DNA of 63,251 nucleotides, filler included, from Olpidium bornovanus S191 (Eukaryota; Fungi; Olpidiomycota): NCBI GenBank assembly GCA_017911155.1. It is 29 parts of 29 records of this genome, joined end to end, with 100 filler letters (N's around TTAATTAATTAA, not from the genome) between each part and the next. Parts side by side here need not be neighbours in the genome. Positions count along the whole stretch, not along the records: positions 56,020 to 59,116 come from JAEFCI010009023.1; positions 59,217 to 60,869 come from JAEFCI010006038.1; positions 60,970 to 62,083 come from JAEFCI010010650.1; positions 62,184 to 63,251 come from JAEFCI010007871.1; 25 more parts are not named here. One strand, 5' to 3'. Shown piece by piece: positions 57,557 to 63,251 of this stretch (position 1 is its first letter; each line of letters starts with the position of its first letter). The notes under the pieces were generated by a model. It saw only the letters and a program-made list of their open reading frames with translations, ran no database searches and was not told where the DNA came from. The position numbers and the translations under genes were made by a program.

Positions 57557-58311
57557 CGCTGCACACAAAGCGCCGCCAGTCTTCCCTTCGGCCTGCGGCG
57601 TTGGCGCCACTTCGGGTCCGGCCGCGGCAAGGTGCGGCCGGCCGAGGTCGGCAGCGGCTTCTCCGCCGACGACGATTGCGCCGCGCTGGCCCGGTGGACT
57701 CCGTTTCTGTCGGCGAAAACACACCGCTTCCCCCCTGCGACGCTGTGGCGTTTCTCGCCCGGCCGATGCGAGCTCGAGGCGCTTGTATTGCTTGCCTTCC
57801 CCGGGGGAACGTCGCAAAACGGAACCGTCTGCGGGGGAAATCCGGCCGGCCCGGTCTACACCGAGCTCGTCTGCCGAAAAAACCAGAAGGAAAAATTTTC
57901 CGCTGGTTTTCCTTATTTTTTTTTTTTTTGTGGGGAGGAGGCGGAGGGGCAAGAACCATTGCCGCCCAGCTCGCCTGGCACAAAGTTGGCCCCTCGAATA
58001 AGTGCCCAGCATTGGGACAAACAAATTAACCCCGTTCGGCATGAAAAACCTTGCCTCCATGCCAGGTGCACTCCGGTGTTTTCCAGTAACCTAGAAAAGC
58101 GGCCCAAGAAAAACACCGCCAGGGTTTTTCTTTCCCGGCGCCTCGCTTTAGACTCACCAACAACTTCAGTGATGCTCAAGCGTTCGAGATTTCCCTCCCC
58201 GAAACGTTTTCTCCTCGGGTGCCCTCCCTCCCCGGTCGTCGTCTCCCACCGATACTCAGCACCCTCACGCGTGTCTACCGGTAAACAGTTCCTTCCGCAT
58301 GTACCGATACT

Positions 58312-59116
58312 TTAGTAATACAACGTCTCAGCACCAGTAGGACCACATCTCTCTGCGGGTGCCGACACACCGCCGATAAAATCTCCACCGGTCTTCCAGT
58401 CCTTTTCGGTCGGGGACGTCTGGTGCCTCCCGAGATCCCCCGCGGCAAAGGCAATATCGGGCCGCGTGCCCGTCACAACAAAGAGAGGTCCACCCACCAT
58501 TTCCTTGTACCGCGCTATGTTGACTCTCTTCTCTTCCGTGCCGCCTTCGCATTGAGGGGTCCATTGGCGTCCACACGGCCTTCCCTGACGTGATGCCGTG
58601 CTTCGCAGCCAGTACCTGTATGTATCCTTCTTGGTCGATGCTGGCTCCCTCTGCATCCTGTCTGATCCTCAGGCCAACAACCGAGTTCAACGAGCCCCTC
58701 GTCAGGGTGAAGCTTTTCCTGATATCTTCCAGAATCTGGTCCACACGTGCCTTGTCCTCTGCAAGGACAACGAGATCGTTAACCGAGGTGAGCACCCAGG
58801 CCATCCCCGCCTCTCCGCACCTATGTAGGCCCCCTGGTCCACTGTCGTTGGTTTGAATCCGAGTGTTGCTAAGGTTTCCCGCAGCTTGTTCGCCCAGGCG
58901 CATCCCGCTTGCTTCAGGCCGTACAGCGGGCGGCGAAGTTGCATAACCTTACCGCTAGAGCTCTCGCGAGCTGGCAAGATTCCTTCCGGGATCCCGATGT
59001 AGGCCTCTCCCTTCAGATTGCTGTTTAGGTAAGCGGCCTTGACATCCGCAACAGCCATTGACCATCCTTCTGTCACTGCCAACGCGATGCGGTCCAAAGC
59101 ATAGCTAATCTCATGA
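58312..59116 (-). mobile_element. Ty1/Copia reverse transcriptase remnant, inactive
   Basis: ADVKAAYLNSNL..EAYIGIPEG...LRRPLYGLKQAGCAW...LGF...; the catalytic YVDD reads SVND; ...YKEMVG..LF..TGTRPDIAFA. Two frameshifts. Confidence 0.92.
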
Positions 59117-59216
59117 NNNNNNNNNNNNNNNNNNNNNNNNNNNNNNNNNNNNNNNNNNNNTTAATTAATTAANNNNNNNNNNNNNNNNNNNNNNNNNNNN
59201 NNNNNNNNNNNNNNNN

Positions 59217-60724
59217 CATGGAATGGGACTCCGTTCGGGGCTGGCTTTCTCTCGTACGTGTGTCGGGCGTGCTGGTCTTTCGACCCTCCAGCAGTCTGGT
59301 TTTTTTTTTTAGCGGCCGTTTACTCGGCGCCGGATCCAAAGATTTATCCGGATTACCCTTGATGCCCGCGGTTCGCGCTGTTTTGGCTATGAAAGGGAGG
59401 CACGGTCATCGGCACGGCTCGCTGTACGTCCTTCCGCACGCGCGAGGGCCGTCTAAAGGCCGCGTACAATCTTATCATCAACGGGATCGATGCGTTGGTT
59501 GTCATCGGCGGCGACGGGTCCCTCACGGGCGCAAACCTGTTCCGGTCGGACTGGCCTGGCTTGCTGGAAGAGCTCGTCGCGCAAGGTACGCTCCCGTGTT
59601 TCCCGGCTTGCGCGCGTTGGAGCGCGGATTGTTCACCAAGGAATTCCCAACCCTTTGGAGGAAGCCGGCTGCGCCGATGTTGACAGAGTTTGGCGTTTAC
59701 AGGCAGGCTCAAAAGGGACCAGGTGGAGCCTTTCTCGCATCTCACGGTGGTCGGCCTCGTCGGTTCAATCGACAACGATATGTCCCTCACGGACATCACC
59801 ATCGGGGCCGTCACTTCACTCCATCGAGTCTGCGAGGCGGTAGATTCCATTGCCGCTACCGCCATGAGTCACAGCCGCGCGTTCGTTGTGGAAGTCATGG
59901 GCAGGCACTGCGGCTGGCTGGCACTTTCGGCTGCCATAAGGTGGCGTCTCGATTCGTTTGGTTCCGCGCGATTTTGCCGAGAGAAACGTGCTGAACCGTT
60001 GAAAGCCTGGCGGACATGCTGATATCTCCATTCCGTTTCTGTCGCCCGGCTTCGCCAGCACGGGAGCCGACTGGGTTTTTCTTCCGGAATCACCCCCGCC
60101 GCCCAACTGGGAAGAAGAGATGCGCGCGCGCCTCGCTTCAGTACGCCGATTCGGTTTACCGCCTGCGTCCGGGAAAGCCGGTCAGCGTCGGAAACCAAAT
60201 ACTCACACCCGCCAGTTTGTCCTGGTAGAACCGGAAAATGGGGAAGCGCATGACGATCGTCATTGTGTGCGAGGGCGCCATTGATTGCAATGTCCAACCG
60301 ATCAAGAGCGAGCGGATCAAAGACGTTCTTGTCAAGATGGGTCTTGATACTCGAGTCACCACCCTTGGCCATGTCCAGAGAGGCGGCACCCCGTGCTTTT
60401 TTGACCGGTACCTGGCGACGGTCCAGGGCGTCCAAGCGGTTGAAGCGGTCCTCAGTGCCACGCCGACCACCCCTTCGCCCATGATCGGCATGTGTGAAAA
60501 CAAGATTACTTCTATAGATTTGATGAAAGCCGTGGAGACGGTGAGCCGGGCGTCGCGTGCTTTGCTTTCCTCGTTTTCGCTCGCATCGAAAAGCGCCTCC
60601 AGACGGCTCATTGTACGTGGCAAATTCGTAACGATCAATTCTAGACCCACGCGGTCGCCAAAGCGGTCGAAGCCAAGGATTTCGATTTGGCAATGGAGCT
60701 TCGCGACCCTGAATTTGCTTCCAC
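59217..60724 (+). CDS. PFK: ATP-dependent 6-phosphofructokinase, N-terminal catalytic half, multi-exon fragment
   Basis: [25 protein letters not shown]...[13 protein letters not shown]...[10 protein letters not shown]...[16 protein letters not shown]...IVIVCEGA...[15 protein letters not shown]. Confidence 0.96.
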
Positions 60725-60969
60725 GTATGAAGCGAATCAGGCGATGAACATGTGCTGCTTGCTAATGAGGGAACCGACCTGCGTTTTCGGATGCCTGGGG
60801 TCGCCGATACTTAGGCTCTTGGTCCTTTCCGCGATGCGTTTGACCAGTTCGTCGTGAATGCCTTGCTGGNNNNNNNNNNNNNNNNNNNNNNNNNNNNNNN
60901 NNNNNNNNNNNNNTTAATTAATTAANNNNNNNNNNNNNNNNNNNNNNNNNNNNNNNNNNNNNNNNNNNN

Positions 60970-61537
60970 CATCGTAGGCGTGTTTGGCTGCGAGGGCGGA
61001 CTCGCGGTGGGCGTGATCACCCGACTCCGCGGCCCGGGCTTCGGCCTTGCAGGCTTCGCGCCAGGCGGCTTGCGCCGCCTCCCTCGCCGACTGGGCGATC
61101 ACCCTCTGTTCCATGAGCTCCCAGTCCCAGAACGCGCCCTGGTGGCGGACGTACCAGTCGGGCGCGTTCCTGACCGCCTGCCTGCGCTTCTTCACGTCGA
61201 AGCCCGGCCGGCCCGCGGCGGGGCCTCTTGGCCGGGCGCGGGGCGGACGAGGGGGGTGACGAGGATTCATTCTCGTCGCGCTCCCTGCGCCTCCCGCCGA
61301 CGCGAAGGGGTGCCGCGGGGGGGGGGGAAGACGCGCCCCGCGGCGGGCCCCGCCGCGTAAACCACAACCCGCTGAGGGGTTGCCGGCCACTGCGGCGAAG
61401 GTCAGCCGGTCGGCGAAACGCCGGCCCGGCACGGCCACGGCGCGAACGGCCGTGGCCGCGGCGTTTGCAGTTGGACCCTGCATCTCGTCGCGGTGAGCTC
61501 CGGCGGCGGCGGATCCGGCGGCGAAGCTGATGGCAAA
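60970..61537 (-). CDS. Hypothetical protein, 5' part
   Basis: Open frame from MFAISFAAG... to WYVRHQGAFWDWELMEQRVIAQSAREAAQAAWREAC..., running into the gap. Preceded by promoter-like motifs. No family recognised. Confidence 0.4.
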
Positions 61538-61714
61538 CATTCTGACGCTCTTTCCTCTGCTTTCCTCTCCTGCTTCTCTCAACAAATCGCCTATCTTTCT
61601 CTCTTTTCTCCTTCTTTTTCCGATAAGGCGACTTGCTTCGAGGCACGTTCGACGGCGGGTTCGTAGCTTGGGGCGAGCGGGGGGAGCCGAAAGTCCGGTG
61701 GGGGCGGAGGGCGG

Positions 61715-61835
61715 GTTATATACTCGCGGGGGTGGGGGGAGGTCGGCGTCGGTGGGTAGGGGCGGGGGACGGACGCGCCGCGGGAGAGGGATTTTCTGCC
61801 GGGGCGGTTCGACGCGTGTTCTGGCGGCCAATCAG
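61715..61835 (-). promoter_or_regulatory. Possible Pol II core promoter (TATATAA plus CCAAT and GC boxes) upstream of the hypothetical ORF
   Basis: The minus strand reads GAGTATATAACC at about 61725-61714. The + strand has GCCAATC at about 61826 and several GGGCGG. Confidence 0.35.
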
Positions 61836-61927
61836 CGCGCAGATTTGCGGGCGGCCGGCGAGACGGGCAATCGGGGAGTGGTGTCCGGGGGGGTGTCCGG
61901 GGGGGGGGCCGGGGGGGGGGGGGGGGG

Positions 61928-62009
<82 letters not shown>

Positions 62010-62219
62010 GGAGGTGCAGGCCGGCGCCGGCGCGGGCGGGGGCGCATGAATGCGAGCGTGGGCGCATGAATTCGAGCGTGGGCNNNNNNNNNNNNNNNNN
62101 NNNNNNNNNNNNNNNNNNNNNNNNNNNTTAATTAATTAANNNNNNNNNNNNNNNNNNNNNNNNNNNNNNNNNNNNNNNNNNNNCCCGCCGTTACCTCTTC
62201 CTCTTCCCGGAACAAACAG

Positions 62220-63203
62220 TTCCTGCGCGATGCGACGAGGAACTCTCCAAAGTGACGGTCCTCGTGCAGGAACTCACGGAGCAGGCGGAGGAGGCCATAC
62301 AGAAGTGCCAAGCTGTTTTGGACCTCGGCGATTCGCCGCAAGGGCACACTCTGGTGTCGGACGCTTACCTGGAAACGGCTCGGCAGGTTTTGACGTTCAG
62401 GCGCCAGCTGGTCCTGTACCTCGACGCGATGCAAGAACAGCTGTTCGTCAGTCGGGGCACGCTCAAGAACCTTGCCGAGAAGTTTGATGCGACCCTGCGG
62501 GAGCTCAAGCAGACGTGCCGCAGCAAGTCGGCTGTTCCGGTTGACCATGTCTATGTGAGGAGAGCCTGGCGACATGCACAAAATAGCTTCCCCCCCACCT
62601 TTTTTTTTCTCTTAGCGCCTGGAACCTGCTAATTCACCGCATATCCGCGTGGTCACTTCCCAACGGTCGTTCCGGGCGACGCCCACCTCCCCCCGTTTTC
62701 AGCCGCACTTCATGGTCTTGGCCCAGATGTGGGCGACGTGGCAGGACGAGCTGTTTCTGCTCTTATTCCGGCGAGGAATTGCAGACACGCTGTTGTATTT
62801 CACATCGGTAAATGATCCGCACCGATGGGGAAACCAGGACCGGCAGTTGCGGCGCAATGTTTGACTCTCGGAATCTCCAAACAGAACGTTCAGCTCACGT
62901 TCTCAGATCTTGTATCGGAAGCGGCAAAGCCGTTCGAGAAGGAAGTTGAGCCAGCAAACGACGATGGTGGGCCGCGTTCTCACGCTCCGTTTTTTTTATT
63001 TTGCTGCATGAACCACATGATTTTCCTCGCCAGATTTGTACCAACAAAACGTCAACTCGCCGCCACTTCAAAATTCATAAGAGGAATCGATAATCAAAGC
63101 CGCCGGAGAGCTGGCTGTCGCTATAAGCGCCATGAATCAGAAGGTGGAGGTCGTTCATCCAGGGAACACGACGATGTACTACAAACTTCCAGTTGAACTC
63201 GGC
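62220..63203 (+). CDS. CFAP206: Cilia/flagella-associated protein 206 (C6orf165), internal exons
   Basis: ...LKQTCRSKSAVPVDHVY|PHFMVLAQMWATWQDELFLL...|...VEVVHPGNTTMYYKLPVELG| resembles the conserved CFAP206 region. Four phase-consistent exons. Confidence 0.82.
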
Positions 63204-63251
63204 GTGAGTGCCGCGCTGACGCCCGCGGAACGTGAAGTCGATTCCGACTCC

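Overview
This is not a contiguous locus. It is 29 short contigs (about 1.1-4.2 kb) joined by 28 identical 100-nt linkers (N44-TTAATTAATTAA-N44), so gene neighbourhood across linkers is meaningless. The DNA is eukaryotic, GC-rich and intron-rich, with GT-AG introns whose phases reconstruct cleanly. Gene content points to a flagellated, early-diverging (zoosporic) fungus: fungal-type PEP7/VAC1, VPS23, NAP1, TOR, an ABCC transporter, H2A, hexokinase and PFK, plus axonemal CFAP45 and CFAP206 and kinetochore KNTC1/Rod. An Olpidium-like organism is a guess, not demonstrated. Mobile DNA includes two Copia 5' ends with half-tRNA-iMet primer sites, a dead Copia RT, a Gypsy integrase and a decayed hAT/BED fragment. 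Most interesting observations: (1) a phase-consistent 7-exon single-pass receptor-like kinase with an unrecognised Cys-containing ectodomain; (2) a complete 454-aa signal-peptide + RING-H2 protein, a candidate secreted E3-ligase effector; (3) a 115-aa Lys/Asn-rich secreted peptide precursor; (4) a Copia element with a Gypsy-type capsid; (5) an array of five structured repeats with variable spacers. 19 of the 56 internal contig ends lie at CATG, which suggests a restriction/ligation library signature and may explain an apparent TOR/PEP7 chimera. All protein identifications come from motif recognition by eye; no database searches were run.
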